Shown here: positions 28,234 through 42,997 of the stretch, in pieces
Layout of the letters: the number at the start of each line of letters is the position of its first letter
Position numbering within the stretch: position 1 is the first letter of the stretch
DNA from: Octopus bimaculoides
Lineage: Eukaryota
Direction of reading: 5' to 3'
Assembly (NCBI RefSeq): GCF_001194135.2
Contig: NC_068987.1
Location: 8,745,409-8,809,408, forward strand
DNA length: 64,000 nucleotides
Notes under the pieces: model-generated
The model's input: only the letters and a program-made list of their open reading frames with translations
Databases searched by the model: none
What the model was told of the DNA's origin: nothing
Program-made: the position numbers and the translations under genes

Positions 28234-28669
28234 TCCTTTAGCATTCAGATTTCTCTGTCAAATGTAATGCTTATTTATTTACTGGTTGTGCCGATTTTTA
28301 AAGGAAAGAAAAAGGTCAATAAATACTTGCCATTACATTTTTAATCAACCAAATATGAACCATTTTGTTGCACAATGTGTCTCCATCTTTCCTTTAACTT
28401 GAAAATACCCTCTTCCCAGAACTGAGGTGGTTTCATGGCAAATAAGTCGAAAGGTAAGCTACTATAAATTGGCACAAACTTTCCGGACAACCCAATATAT
28501 TGTTTTGAATTAATCATGCATTATCTTGTAGCATTGAGATTTTGATGATGTAACTGTTTATATTTTGAATGACATTGTAGGGTAAGTGTGAAAGGCTGGG
28601 GGGTGGCTACATTGAACATGAAACAGGTTGAATATTTGACTGGATATGGCCAGTTTAAATGCTAAAGGG
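28234..28669. mobile_element. Older piggyBac-like MITE
   Basis: Termini tcctttagcattca / taaatgctaaaggg; degenerate TTAA-like flanks (taaa, ttca). Confidence 0.7.
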
Positions 28670-30393
28670 TTCATTTATTTTTCAAAAAAAAAGCATTGAA
28701 CATGTGAAACAAAATGCTTTATTCTTGCTGTGGTCATATGTCATATTAGAGCATCACCATATCAACAGTTCAGTTGCTCATATCAATGCTAGTTTGTTAC
28801 TTACTTTTAGTCATCTCTATCTACTGAACAGCTAAGTCACAAAAACATAAAGAAACACCACAAGAACAGCACTTGCTTTTACACTGGTGTAAATGTAAAC
28901 ACACACACACAGTGTCAGGCCACTAAATTCAATTAAATTCAGTTAACAAGATAAAGGTCAGTACAAGGTTATAGTAGATAACACTAGCCAAACGTGAGAC
29001 AGAATAAGACCAAACCCAGAACCACGTGGTTACAAAGCAAACTTCTTAACCACGTACTTAACTGCACCTATATTTGCAAATAGTATCAAGCACAAATGAT
29101 TAAAAAGATTATACCTGATATAATTTATTTACAGTCACCTAGAACTTAAATAATATTGTATTAGAAATAAAAGTATAATAAACTGATTTATTAGACCTTC
29201 CTTTTATGACTTAAGAAACAGCTTCCTTTAAAAGAAATTTTGTTCCTTCACAAAAATTCATGAGGTTACGATGAACTGCCGCTATGAACCTCTGAAACAC
29301 CTAACCTTTCTGCTATTATTTATTTTCTTTGTTATGCTGTTTTTCTTTATTACTAGCTTGTTTTGCACCATGTGGTTTTGGGTTCAGTCCCACTGTGTGG
29401 CACCTTCGGCAAGTGTCTTCTACAATAGCCAGGGGTCAACCAATTCACTGTAAGTGAATTTTGCAGATGGAAACTGCATAGAAGCCCAATGTGCATGTAA
29501 GTATGTGTATGTGTGCAAGGGTGGGTGTGGCCACAGCTTGACAACCAGTGTTGGTTTGTTTATGTTGCCATTACAGTGCAGTTCAGCAAAAGAGAGCAAT
29601 AGAAACTCAGAATGAAAAGACAGATGAAATACTGCTAAGCATTTCGCCTGGCATGCTAACGTTTCTGCCAGCTCCCCCCCTTTATAATATATGGTGATAT
29701 ATTATAGTTAATGTAAGTAATATTATTTTCAGATTTTGGCACAATGCCAGCAATTTTAGGGGAGGGGGTAAGTTGATTATATCAAACCCAGTGCTTAATT
29801 GGTACTTATTTTATTGACCCTGGATGGATGAAAGGTGAAGTCAACTTCAGCAGAATTTGAACTCAGAACTAAAAGACTGACAAAATGTTGCTAAGCATTT
29901 TGCCCAGCATGCTAACGGTTCTGCCAGTTTCGTACGTTAGTAATATAAGTAATATATTTTAAAATAATTCTTCCTATAATATTTTCCAGACTATCGTGAG
30001 AAGAAAAAAACAAAAAGACAAAAATGAAAATCATATAATTTAAATACTGCATTAAAAAAAAAAAAAAAAAAAAATGAAGAAAAGTGAGATACATCATTTC
30101 TGAAGCTTAGAAAATATTCAAGTCATTTCCCAAGCATACTTGGAAATTTATGAACTCTAATATCTTGAAGGCTGATTTCGAAAAAAAAAAATGATTTTTT
30201 TATAGTTACTGAGCATGATGATGATGGTGATGATATGCAAATAACATAATTGAATTTTTTAAATATGATAAACTATGTTTGAAAGGATTAATTTTGAAAT
30301 ATAGTGGCAAACAGTGCTGACATGCTAGACTGTTGACTAAAAGGTCATGAAATTACTAATACAATTATTTTTGGAGAGAGAGTGAGAGAGAGA

Positions 30394-30435
<42 letters not shown>

Positions 30436-30623
30436 GAGAGAGAGAGTGAGAGAGAGAGTGAGAGAGAGAGAGAGTGTGTGTGTGTGCGTGTGAGTGTGTG
30501 TACATACACACAAACACACTAATGTTTGTTGTTATGTTCAGTTATACGAAAAGCAATTTTACATTAATCTCATGGGTTATTCTATATTTTTGTAGAATAC
30601 AAACTTATTCTTCTTAAATAAAA

Positions 30624-30716
30624 ATATTATTGATAGTGACTTCGAAGTTTCAGCCAGTTAAGCCAGTCCAATGATGGCTTAACTGGCCAAAACTTCAAAG
30701 TCGCGGTCAATAATAT
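30624..30716. repeat. Inverted repeat/hairpin, 42-bp arms (36/42 match), 9-nt loop
   Basis: Left arm 30624-30665 atattattgatagtgacttcgaagtttcagccagttaagcca; right arm 30675-30716 reverse-complements to atattattgaccgcgactttgaagttttggccagttaagcca. Confidence 0.92.
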
Positions 30717-30980
30717 ACTCGCTCAATAATAATAATAACACAAACATCATCATTTTGAAAGACTTATTTCTAGAAACTAAATAATGTTATTTGATGCATT
30801 TAAATACTTAATCTAGTATTTAATAGACATGTCTTGTGCAGTTTTTAGTGATTTAACATGATTGAACATTGTGCTAATTGTGTCAACACAGATGTAACAA
30901 TATAACGAAGAGTGTTTATTTACTTTTGAGAGAAAGAGAGAGAGAGGGGGGATATGACTGAAAGGGAGATGGGGAGGATT

Positions 30981-31022
<42 letters not shown>

Positions 31023-32143
31023 TAGAGAGGTGAAACTCAGATACACACCCAAGTTCTTGAGAGTGCAGCACAAATGTCAAACTCATTGTGTAACTGGAGG
31101 CAATGCAAATCCTCAACAGAATTTGTCTGACTTCTATTGCGATGCTGAGAGGAAATAGCTAATATTCAAACAGAAAATTCTGTTTTACATCTAGAAAAAG
31201 GTGTGTTAATTGGCATATTAGTATTGCTTTAGCACACATTTTAAACTTACTATCACAGCTTGAAAAATTAAAACATTCATTACAGCAACACTCAAATCGC
31301 ACACTGTTCGGCAGGGATGTAGCATTCATTCTCCAAATTTAATTCCACAAGAAGACTGTTTCAACAAATAAATATATGTTGGTACCCTGAAGTTTTTAAA
31401 AGGGCCATTACTTTGTAACCATCTTTAAAGGGAAAAGCTCATCATACAAGGACAGGCATGGTTGTAGGGTTAAGAAGTTCGCTCTGTAACCACATGGTTT
31501 TGGGTTCAGCCCCACTGTGTGGCACTTGGACAAAGCCATGTGAGTGAATTTGGAAGATGGAAACAGTGTGGAAGCCTATTGTGTGTGTGTCTGTGGGTGT
31601 AAGTGTGTATATAAATATAATTTGTGTGTTTGTCTCCATCGCCATCACTTGATGACCTGTATTCGATTGTGTAACTTAGCAGTGCAGCATTAAGATCAAC
31701 AGATTAAGTACCTGACTTAAAAAGTAAGTACTGGGGTTGATTTTCACAACTAAAACCTTTCCAGGTGGTGCCCCAGCATGGCCACAGTCCAATGACTGAA
31801 GCAATATAAAAGCTTCTCCAAAAGCTGAAAATACATATCCTCTCCCCACCTATATTTCATGGCTAAGTCGTTACTATTTTCATTAGAAGCTATTAACTCA
31901 TATACTCTGTGGTGTGTTACGAAGTATTTCTTTTTCTTCTTTTTTCATATACTTATTGCTACTGAATGATTAATTCCTGATGTCAACAGATATGTAAACA
32001 ATCTGCCTAAAAAGTGTGTGTGCTTCAGACATGAGGAAAGCTGAATGAGACCACAACTAGGTCAAAATCACAATGTTCAGTTGTCAGTCCCACATGTTCT
32101 CTCTGAGGATTAAGACAGTCAGAATTACTTTAGAGCAGTGCTA

Positions 32144-32181
<38 letters not shown>

Positions 32182-35100
32182 CACACACATATATATATAG
32201 ATATATGTATGCATACATATACACACACATATGTATATAGATACATACACACACATGAACATATATACATACATACACACACGCACATATATATACATAC
32301 ATACATACATGCATACATACATACATACATGTGTGTATATACAGGATTAATTCCCATTTTCTATTGCAGATTGCTTTATTTTTTCCTCATAGACATTTTA
32401 CTATCTAACATGCACTAATAAATTTTTTTTACAAAAATAATGTTAAAAATTAAAATAAACATCAATAACATTGAATGTTTTTCAGAAATAAATTTACACA
32501 AGTTATTTTATTAATGCAACCTGTTAATAATATTCAAAGAACTGTGAGAATTTGGAAATGTTATTTTAAGAAAACTTACACTCATTTTAAGATGTTAAGA
32601 AAGCAACAACAACCATTTGTAATAAAAAAAGAAAAGAAAAATGAAAACTAATGCAGGCATGGCTGTGTAGTTAATAAGCTAGATTTGCAATCACATGGCT
32701 TCAGGTTCAATTCCATTGTGCAGCGCTTTGGAGAAGTGTCTTCTACATAGCCCTCGGCCAATCTATGCCTTGTGAGAAGCCCATCATGTATGTGTGAATG
32801 TAGTTTTGTTTGCTCCCCATCCACCACTGCTTGTTTGTTTATATCCACACAACTTAGTGGTTTGGCAAAAGCGACTGATAAAATAAGTACTAGATTTTAA
32901 AAATAAGTAATGGGTTGATTTGTTCAACTAAACTTTTCAATACGATGCCCCAGAATGGCTACTGTTCATTGACAGAAACAAGTAAAAGGTACAAATCTAT
33001 TAAATAAAACCACAAAGTTATGACTGTTGAAGAGAGATAGTGAAGCATTATTATTTAAAAAAAAAAAAAATTAAAATAAAGAAAGAAAAAAAAGGGTGAC
33101 TGGAGTTTAGCTCAACAAAAGTACAATAACTGCGAGAGAGCACATCAGAGTCTGAACAAAGCATTAAATTGATAACTGACACAATATATAACTATAAAAG
33201 GAAATAAATAAAACAGAAAAAAAAAAACATTTACTGCTGCCACAGTCGGAATCATCTATAGATGCCATTATATTTACCATTCCCATTAAGGAATATTAAA
33301 GCAACAACAACAATGATGATTTCTGTTTCACATAATATCAGAAATATATATATTTTTATTTTTATTTTTTTTTTTACCTTATATGAAACTATGCAAAACA
33401 ATAACCCTTTCGAAACTGTAGTTATCGGGAAATGCTTATAATGGCTATCATATGGATATTGTTGTTATATATTAAAAGGTCAGCATCGTAAAATAGGATC
33501 AAAAAACATCTTCAGTATGGTTTTTAAACTTAGTGATTTTTTTCATTTAGTCATAAAGTAACTATTCTCCTTTACCAAATGCAACCAATTTAAGGGAATG
33601 GATTTTGAGATAAAACTATACAATAAGCCCCAAAATATAACACCACCCAATGCTATTAAGAGGGAATAATTGGTACAATCAGATGTAATTAGAACTATGA
33701 AATGTTGCCTTTCTAACTACGTAAACGCAGTGGGTTTGCAATGCTATGACAGAACTGTATACAGTTGTGAGAATAGAACTATTATCACCCATAAACGATT
33801 TCTAACTTTGGTACAGAGCTGCAATTTGAAAAGAGTAATGGATCAAATTGACCACAGTGCATAACAATGTATTTTATGAGCGCTAGAGAGAAGACAAGCT
33901 AATTTATTTATGGCACAATTTGAACTCAGAATGTAAGGATTATTAGTAAATACTAGAAATTTAATTCAATGCCTCACCATTTCTACCATCACGCTAACAA
34001 ATAATTAAAACTTAAACAAATGAAGCAGAAAGGCAAAAATTTTGGAATGTATTATGGAATAATATTGCATATTGGTAGCTTTATTATTAACTTGTTTCAG
34101 TCATTGGACTGTGACCATGCTAAGTCAATGCCTTGAAAAGTTTTGGTACTTAGTCTATTGATCTCTTTTGCCAAACAGTTAAGTTATGGGGATATAAACA
34201 AACCAGCATTGGTTGTCCAGAGGTGACAAACTCTAGGACACATGCATATAAATATAAGGCAGATTTCCACACAATTTCTGTCTACGAAATTCACTGACAA
34301 GGCATTGATCAGCCAAGAGTTATAGTAGAAAACACTTGACTAGGATGCTGCGCACTGGGATTGAACACAGAACTACATGGTTGCAAAAAGAGCTCTTTAA
34401 CCACACAGCCATGCCTGCACTTATAACATGTACTTTTTCTCCACTTTGTCAATTCAAGACTTAGTTGTTTCATTCCATCATAATGTTTCTAGAAAGATAC
34501 ACAAACGATTCCCAACTGGTTTCTTCGGAAAGACATGAAACCTAAGATTCTTTTAGCAGAAGAGAAATCAGCATGTTTTACCCAAAGAGATAATGGCCAT
34601 AAAGGAAGGAAATTAGTTTAAACTACAAATTAAATCCTGTTGGTAGCCTCATCAATTAGTACAGGCCTAATTGTCCACCATGACATAAAACTCTTTGGCT
34701 CTAATGAAAAAGCTTCTGTAAAGTTATAGATCACATTTACCCCAGCAAAGTAAATTACTAAACTAATAACTAGATTTCAGTTTGACACTTCTATCCAAAT
34801 ATATTCATTGATAGATGTATACGCTTCTAAGTTGTTAAACTTTAGGTCAGCCCTGATAGTAAAAACATCAGATCAGAGATGTTCCAGCACTGATCATCCA
34901 GTCTTTTTGTGGGACCATATTATCAAATAAGTCACCCCTCTTTTAAGATGGTAGGATGTGATTTGAGGAAAATTTGGTTGCTATTTCTAACAAGTTAAGT
35001 GACCACAAAGAGGCTTCTCAATGTTGCTGCTAGCATAGCGAAGGAGAGTGTTAGATTTACTCAAGATAGAATATTGCACAACATCGATAATTATAAAGTT

Positions 35101-36869
35101 CAGCCAACAGTTCTGATGCTTAACCCAACAGTCATTGCATCCACTCCACGTATTAATAGATAAATAGAAAGCTATTCAACTATCACAATACTTATATGTG
35201 CCAGATGAGGAAGGTCAGAGTTCATGAACTTTTCAAGGTTTCTGAGACTGATGGAAAGAAGGAAGGGAGCTATCCCCAGACCAAAGACATAGCAGAAATT
35301 CTTGCAACAGAGTGGAGTCCACAAGAGGCATCCAAATCCAAAGACCAGACTTGTATTACTTCAGGTAATACATTACCTAAAAGGCAACAAGCTGGTAGAA
35401 ACATTAGCACGCCGGGCAAAATGCTTAGCTATATTTTGTCTGTCTTCACGTTCTGAGTTCAAATTCCGTCGAGGTCGACTTTGCTTTTCATCCTTTCGGG
35501 GTTGATAAAGTAAGTACCAGTTGCATACTGGCGCCGATCTAATCGACTGCCCCCCTCCCCAAAAATTTTGAGCCTTGTGCCTAGAGTAGAAAAGAATATA
35601 TTACCTACTGACCCCAAACAGACACAGTCCTCCAATAGGCTTTTACAGAGCTTTGATTGGGTTGGGGCTATAGTAGAAGACACTTCCCCAAGGTGCCATG
35701 CAGTGGGACTAAACCTGAAACCATGTGGTTAGCAAGCAAATTCTTCACCAGACCTGCACATATGCTATAAAGTATAAAACACAAACCACATCTGGTTGAC
35801 AGTCTTCTGAAGAAACAAAACTTTCATGAAATAGACGTAGAGCAACTTAAATAAGTATTTAAATTACAAGCTATACTTTGTAATATCTATCCATAATTCT
35901 CAGAATTCTTTACAATAACAAAATAACAATATGATAGAGGAATATCTCTGATGAGCACTCTGCATAATAAATACAAACGTGAAAGTGTCTTATATACGTA
36001 ATATGATGAATTAAATAACTCAGATGAACTGTGACTATCCCACAATTTTAAACAAAAACTCCCCTAAGAGGCATTTAAAATCTAATAACAAGCAAAGGAG
36101 ATAATTCTAATAAAATCATTTGAACAAATCTTTAGATATTCTAGAGTAGAGAGCATCTGGTCTGGTCTGGTGAAAGCAACAGGCATGTTTCAGCTTTATT
36201 AGACCTCTTCAGCCGAATATATTTTATTAGGTTGGCAAAACTAAAAGAGATCAATATATTCATTATAGACAAAAAGCGAGTATTGTAGCAATGACTCTGA
36301 CTATCAAACAAGGCTGAAAGAAAATAGTTTAGGCAAGTGTCCATTATCCTTGTTTTAATGTCCACTTTGCCATGCTTGCATGGGCTAGAAAGATAACTGC
36401 TGAGGCAGATGCCCCTCCCTGTCACCAGTTATCACCTGTTTCCAAGAAAGATGATATCTCCTTATGACTAGATATGCTTTCACAGAAGACAGTAAACAAA
36501 GGTCACTACTTGCAAAACGGTGACACTCACCTACAACTCTCAGGTGAAATCAAGACAAAGAAACAGTAACACACACACACATACATACAGACACGTCGTC
36601 ATCATCATCATCAGTTAGTGTCCTCCTTCCATGCTGGTATGGGTTGGATGGTTTGACAGGAGCTGGCCAGACAGAAGATTGCACCTGACTTCTGCGTCTG
36701 CTTTTATGGTTGGCTGTCCTTCCTAACACCAACCACCCCCACAGAGTGGGCAACTCAGTGCTTTTTACATGGCACTAGCACAGGCGAGTTCAGTTTTGGC
36801 ATGGTTTCTACAGCTGGATACCCTTCCAAACGCCAATTGCTTTACAGTGTGGACTGGATGTGGTTGGTG

Positions 36870-36961
<92 letters not shown>

Positions 36962-37499
36962 TACAGGTTTCTTTCAGTTTCCGTGTACCAAATTCACTCA
37001 CAAGGCTTTGGCCAGCCCAAGGCTATAGTAAGAGACACTTGCCCAAGGTGCCACATGGTAGGACTGAGCTCAAAACCAAGTGGTTGAGATGTAAACTTCT
37101 TATCACACAGCCATGCTAGTGCTGGCATATTAAATATAAACACAGAAGGGTCTTGCATATGTAATACACTGAGTTGAAAAACTTCAGTTTACTTAAGGTT
37201 ATCCAAGTAGTTAATAGGTTAAAAACTCCCCTAGAAGATAGAAATGGCTGTTCTTGAATCAGTTGTACTATGAGGTTTTAAAACGTGACAACAGACAGTT
37301 GTGGTATCATACAATACATCTAAAACAATATGTATCATACATCTAAGACAATAATTTCTAAAATGAGTATAAAAATTGTATGGAAGTAATCGATTAAATT
37401 AATCCTAGTCCATAACTCGTATGGGAGGATGAAAGACAAAGTTGAATTCGGAGAGATTTGAACTCAGAATGCAAAAAGAAAAAACAAAGCAAATACAGC

Positions 37500-38311
37500 A
37501 AGTGATTGTCAAATCTTCTAACCATTACGCCACTTCAGTGCCATAAGAATTTCTTGTAATATAGGCTCAAAGCTAGAAATCTGATGTGAAAGATAAGCTG
37601 ATTTAAATTTGACTCTTGTACTTATGTGCTACTTTACGAGCCCCGACGTATGAAAGACAGTGTTGACCTCGGTGAAATTTGAACCCAGAACGTGAAGAGC
37701 TGGAGCACAATTCAACCGTTCTACTAATAAACACTGTTGATGAGTCGCACTAGCACAAAGCTACATTTAGATAGAAGGGGAAGAACAATCTTCTGACTAG
37801 ATTTTTAGTATATTACTGGTACTTTATTGTCAAAGGAAGGGGGAAACGGCAAGGTTGACGTCGAACCACGCTGCTAATAATGATGATGATAAAACTAATA
37901 AGGTAGACATACATATGCATGCAGTAATAATCTATATAAGCAACTAGACTAAAATTACTAAACACATACCCCCTCCCCGTACAAACACTCACATGGAGAT
38001 AAGGTGTGAGCATAACCTAGAAAAGACAGCGAGAGAAAATTTCTTAACAACAAATAGCTGAAATACCTACCTCAACTTATCCAACAGGTAGGCATGTGTG
38101 CTAAATAGGCATCGGTGTTTTTAACATGATACCTTAAGACGACTTAACAGTCTGCCGATTTCGGGAGTATAAAGAGTAGTATTATAAAAGTATAGAGAAA
38201 GAATTTAAAAGAGACGGAAAGTTAACTTACAAGGATGGATCAAAAAATCATATTTTTGGAAAACGATGAGGAAGAATTAAGACGAATTGCGATGAGCTGC
38301 ANNNNNNNNNN

Positions 38312-38361
<50 letters not shown>

Positions 38362-41300
38362 TATTAAGGTTTCAAGTGTTAAAAAATATATTTAAAACAA
38401 TTGAAGCATACAATATTAGCAGACTTTTAATTACTTGAAATAAAAATACAGTTAGTATTTTCACAGGAACGGTCAGTGTATTGTGAAACTTTAGCATTGA
38501 CTGCACTTCGTCGTTGTGTGTGTGTATATGTGTTTATGCAATGTATGCATATGTATACATAAGTACAAATCGATTGAACTTAGTAATTATTCAATAAAAA
38601 AAGGCGGTTATTTTGTCCATTTTGAAATCCATTCTTAAGCTGTTGTCCGAATTAATCACAGATCTGTGTGTAAATTAATAATCCATTGTTGTAGAATAAA
38701 CTGAATAGTTATTGACTAAATTTTTTTAAAAAATCGGCTCGGTTGTTTTATGTAACAAATTAGATAAGACGCAACGCAAGATGGGAATTAAAATAAAAAT
38801 ATTAAGCAATACAATGTGTAAGATGAAAACTGTGTCCTACTTAGTTTCAATAGTCAGTAAATAGAACTACAATAAAACTTGTATGTTGTTGATATGACAG
38901 CTACATTCAATATATTGTAGGTTAAAACCAGTGAAGATGATTTTTCAAATCTCTCTACCCAACTACTTCTGTTTATTAATTCATATCAACATTTTTCTCA
39001 AACAAAAGACAAAGAGCAAATACCATATGCACCTAATGGTATAACTTTGCTGTTGAATACAGAGTAATGAGTCCGGTGGAGTTTAATTGGAAGTAGATTG
39101 TGTATATATAAGCCTAAATTTTAATGCTTTACAATACATAATTCCAAAAGGAAACAGAAAATCGCAATAGATAATAACGATGTACCGATATAATAAATGA
39201 TCGTGTAAGACCGACAGTATCGGAATCTAGTTTGCACTCTGACACAAGCGATAAAATATTTACGATGGTACTTGTAACTGGATCTACGTTTCAAATAGTT
39301 ACATAGTCGAAACTAAAGAGAACAATTCACATGGTAAGCTTTACAGAAAGTTAGCTAGGAGCTAAACGAATATAAGTGGTTTTAGTGAAGTAAGTAATAA
39401 TGAAGGCCGCGTGTTAAACAGCGTACAGTTTGAAGGTAAACAAACACACATTGAGAACATTTCGTCATGTTAATAATGATCAAGAAGAGAGGTAACATCA
39501 AATCAACAACTTTTATCAAAGTAAAATGATCTTAAGTAGGAACAGTTGACTGGAAATTACACCGATATCTAGTTTTCTTTCACGGATAGAGAATAATAAA
39601 GTACAGAATGGTATAATCTTTTACTTTTTCGAGCAATTTCCGAGTTAAATCGAGCTAACAAAGACTGACCTAAGTTGGCGGCGTAGACTAAAATCGACAA
39701 AAAGACATGCTGACAAGCTAGATTTTCGGAGGCAAAAGCAGGTGCTTGGCGATTTAATGTTTTCATATCTTAGTCATCGTATTACAATTTAGCACGTTTT
39801 GTAGGATGGAGTGAAAAAAGTAAACAAATCAATATATATACACATTTATACATTATATATATATATAGCTATATTGATTTATACATATATAGATATATAT
39901 ATATATACATACACAAATATATATATATATAGTACTACAGATCAATGAGTTTGGGGAATAAGAAAAAAACAATGTGTTATCTAATATATTAAATAACTTA
40001 CTTAGTCGATCGTACAGCTAGGAAATCCAAATGAGAGTATCCAGTTTGAAACGGTATTGTGTAGAAACTTGTATGAACTAGTAGAGCCAGTGGTAGATTA
40101 GTAGGAAGGTAGTAGACCGGGCCAGGAGGGCAAGGTCAATAACAGTAGAGAGTGGGGGGAGAAAGAGAGCAGACTTGCGAAGGGAAGCAACTCTGAAGCA
40201 AAATGAATAATAGCGCTGTGTTGGTTTGTTAGGTGCGCGTAGGCGCTGAATACGCCTATCTGCCAGTGTCCTTTCAAGTAATCAAAAAAGGAAATCCGAT
40301 AATAGTGACTAATTGTTTAAAAGATTTGACAGTGACTAAATCTCATAATTTAAAAAAAAAAAAAAAGATAAAAATCAGCGATCGTGTGACGAACAGCAAA
40401 CGTCACAGCTATTGTGTAAAGCCGGTTTATCTGACAGAAATCTTGTCATAAACTAAAAAGGAATGCAGATAGGTTTACCTCGGAATATTGAAGAATGTTG
40501 TTTATAACGGTTAAAACATTGTATCATCGATCTTTTGTGACACTCGCGCGTATACATCAACAGATAGACTGGGCAGACGAAGTTGTTTAAAAACCAAAAG
40601 AAATGGGCAGAAAAGTTTATAAAATTTAATAATAATAATAATAATACGAATCAAGGGAAATGAGAAATCATATTTTGCCAAAATTAAAATTACAAGAAAA
40701 AGGAAAACCTGTTATGTAAATAAGAAATGAACGAACAAATATTCCAGTGTTGGAGTAACTTCGAAAAAAAAGAAAAAGGAATGTTTTGCTTTATTTATTT
40801 TAAACAAATAAAATCCCCAAATATAGAACAATAGTTAGTTATTTTAGTAGTTGCTGTTGAATACTTAGAAGTGTGGGTGGCTCTTTGTAGAGATTTCACA
40901 GATGGTAAAATTTAATAGTAGTCACCGAGGAGATGACAATAATCGGGGCCTGTGAAAAGTTCTTTGTTTCTAATATATATTGACTTGATTATGTTGTTTC
41001 ATATTCTTGTTTGTTTAAGGTACATGTTGGAAAATTATTTTAAATATTGGCGTGAGTAGCCAAGTCGCCCCCACCCGCTGGTAATAGACATAAAATATTC
41101 TTTTCTACTCTTGGCATAAGGCCCGAAATTTTGGGGGAGGAAGGGGGGGCCAGTCGATAAGATCGACTTCAGTATGCAACTGGTTCTTAATTTATCGACC
41201 CCGAAAGGATGAAAGGCAAAGTCGACCTCGCCGAAAATTGAACTCAGAATAGACATAAAATATTAGAGTATTATCAAGTCACGTAAAACTCATTGTATCC

Positions 41301-41700
41301 AAAAACAAAAATGCTGTTTCATTGATACGTGTATTCAAACAATTCGGTTACACACACGCACACACATACATACACACACAACTACACACACCTCTTGTAA
41401 TTTACAATTGTTTTCAGTAATTCGTTTCTTGTGCGCGTGTTTAATACCGACGACCCCAACCCAGCCCTTTTTAAAATACCAAAGCTGACACCCTCTTTAA
41501 TCGGTGCTGTCCACCTACCCCTCCCACAAAATCCACAACCCGAATGTTGGAACCAATAAAAGAGTAACTCCCATTAAAAACAAAATGTCATGGTATTTTT
41601 TGACTCCTATGTCAAAAAAAAAAGAAAAGAAAATCAGAGAAATGACGATGTGGTTTCAGAAGTTTTCTGGAACCTTCTAAATCTGATTCAAGGTGGATTG
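37500..41700. promoter_or_regulatory. CpG-retaining, promoter-like domain inside the intron
   Basis: By eye, CpG dinucleotides are much commoner here (gtgcgcgtaggcg, actcgcgcgta, cgatcgtgtgacg, ggcggcgtag) than in flanking intron; largely non-repetitive; two minus-strand GTAAGT donors. Not quantified. Confidence 0.5.
40002..40230 (-). other. Candidate non-coding first exon (5' end uncertain)
   Basis: Donor TAA|GTAAGT at 40002/40001; pyrimidine-rich UTR-like body on the minus strand; motif-rich region just upstream (40230-40560). Confidence 0.35.
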
Positions 41701-41946
41701 GTAAAAATGAATGTCAGTAGTAATTCAGCAGAACGGATTCTACGTACATTTTAGTTTTAATTTATTTTTTAAAACAATGCAGAATTCATTGAAATATCTT
41801 AGTCATTATTAAGTTGACGTTTGAAATTTCAACAGTGATTTTGTTTAGAATACTGTAAAGCAAGAAGTATTTTTATCATGGAACTAAGGAAAGGTCTCGG
41901 GCTGGCTAGTATCAATAGGGTTAAAACTCTAAACCTTGTGGAAAGT

Positions 41947-42332
41947 AGGCGTGGCTGTGTGGTAAGAAGCTTGCTTCCCAACTACGTGGTTCCGAGTTCA
42001 GTCCCACTGCATGGCACCTTGGGCAAGTGTCTTCTATTATAGCCTCGGGCCAACTAAAACCTTGTGAGTGAATTTGGTAGATGGAAACTGAAAGAAGCCC
42101 GTCGTATATATGTATATGCTTGTGTGTTTGTGTTTGTGCCCCCACCCCCACCATTGCTTGAAAACTGACGTTGGTGTATTTACCTCTGTATCTTAACAGT
42201 TCGGCAAAAGAGACCGATAGAATAAGTACTAGTCTTACAAAGAATAAGTCCTGAGATCGATTTGCTTGACTAAAGGCGGTGCTCCAGCATGATCACAGTC
42301 AAATGACTGAAACAAGTAAAAGAATAAAAGAA
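41947..42332 (+). mobile_element. SINE family A, near full-length
   Basis: Collinear with 11492-11933. Other partial or older copies at about 1822-1935(+), 4855-5215(+), 19600-19980(-), 20555-20840(+), 29350-29610(+), 31453-31810(+), 32654-32990(+), 34090-34420(-), 36965-37115(-), 51410-51840(+), 56620-57080(+), 62150-62485(-). Confidence 0.88.
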
Positions 42333-42954
42333 TATAAACAACTAGATTAAAATTACTAAATGCATACTTCCTCCATCAAAATATTGAATGAACGTTTTAC
42401 GAAATCCACTACCTACACAAACTTTGATGATAACAGCAAACCTTCCATTATGTATATATTACAACTACAAGCTATTATTATGCATTTGAAAGAAAATACT
42501 CTTTTTGAAGGTAACAAAAGCAGCAGAGTATAAATTTATATATAAAATAAGTAGTTTTATCATTCACACTTGTGTGCTTAGTATCATCAATACATAGAGG
42601 GTGTAGGATTGTTGACAAACTGATAGAGAACAAACAATTGAAATACATTGTAGAAAATATAGATATGAGAGACAAGAACAATGAAGAAAATAAAAGAGTA
42701 CATACATATATACATATGTACATACATCATCATCATGTCCACTTTTCCATGCTTGTAAGGAGAGGGTAGAATTTGTCGAGGCAGATTTTTTTATGGCTGG
42801 ATGCCTTCTCTGTCACCAACTCTCACCTGGTTTTTCCAAGCAAGATAATATTTGCCCCTTAGCTGAACATGATTGTTAGAGTAGACTGGAAACAATATCT
42901 CCTGTAGGACAATGATGCCCATTTACATCTCACCTCCTCATATATATATATAAT

Positions 42955-42997
<43 letters not shown>

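Noticed and set aside
35196-35364. Plus-strand ORF with ag/gt boundaries (MRKVRVHELFKV...TKDIAEILATEW)
   Set aside because: KDIAEILA resembles the LINE ORF2 linker before the RT domain; more likely a retroelement remnant than an exon.
39569-39766. 65-aa minus ORF (MKTLNRQAPAF...) in the CpG-rich zone
   Set aside because: No recognisable homology and only a weak acceptor; treated as part of the regulatory domain.
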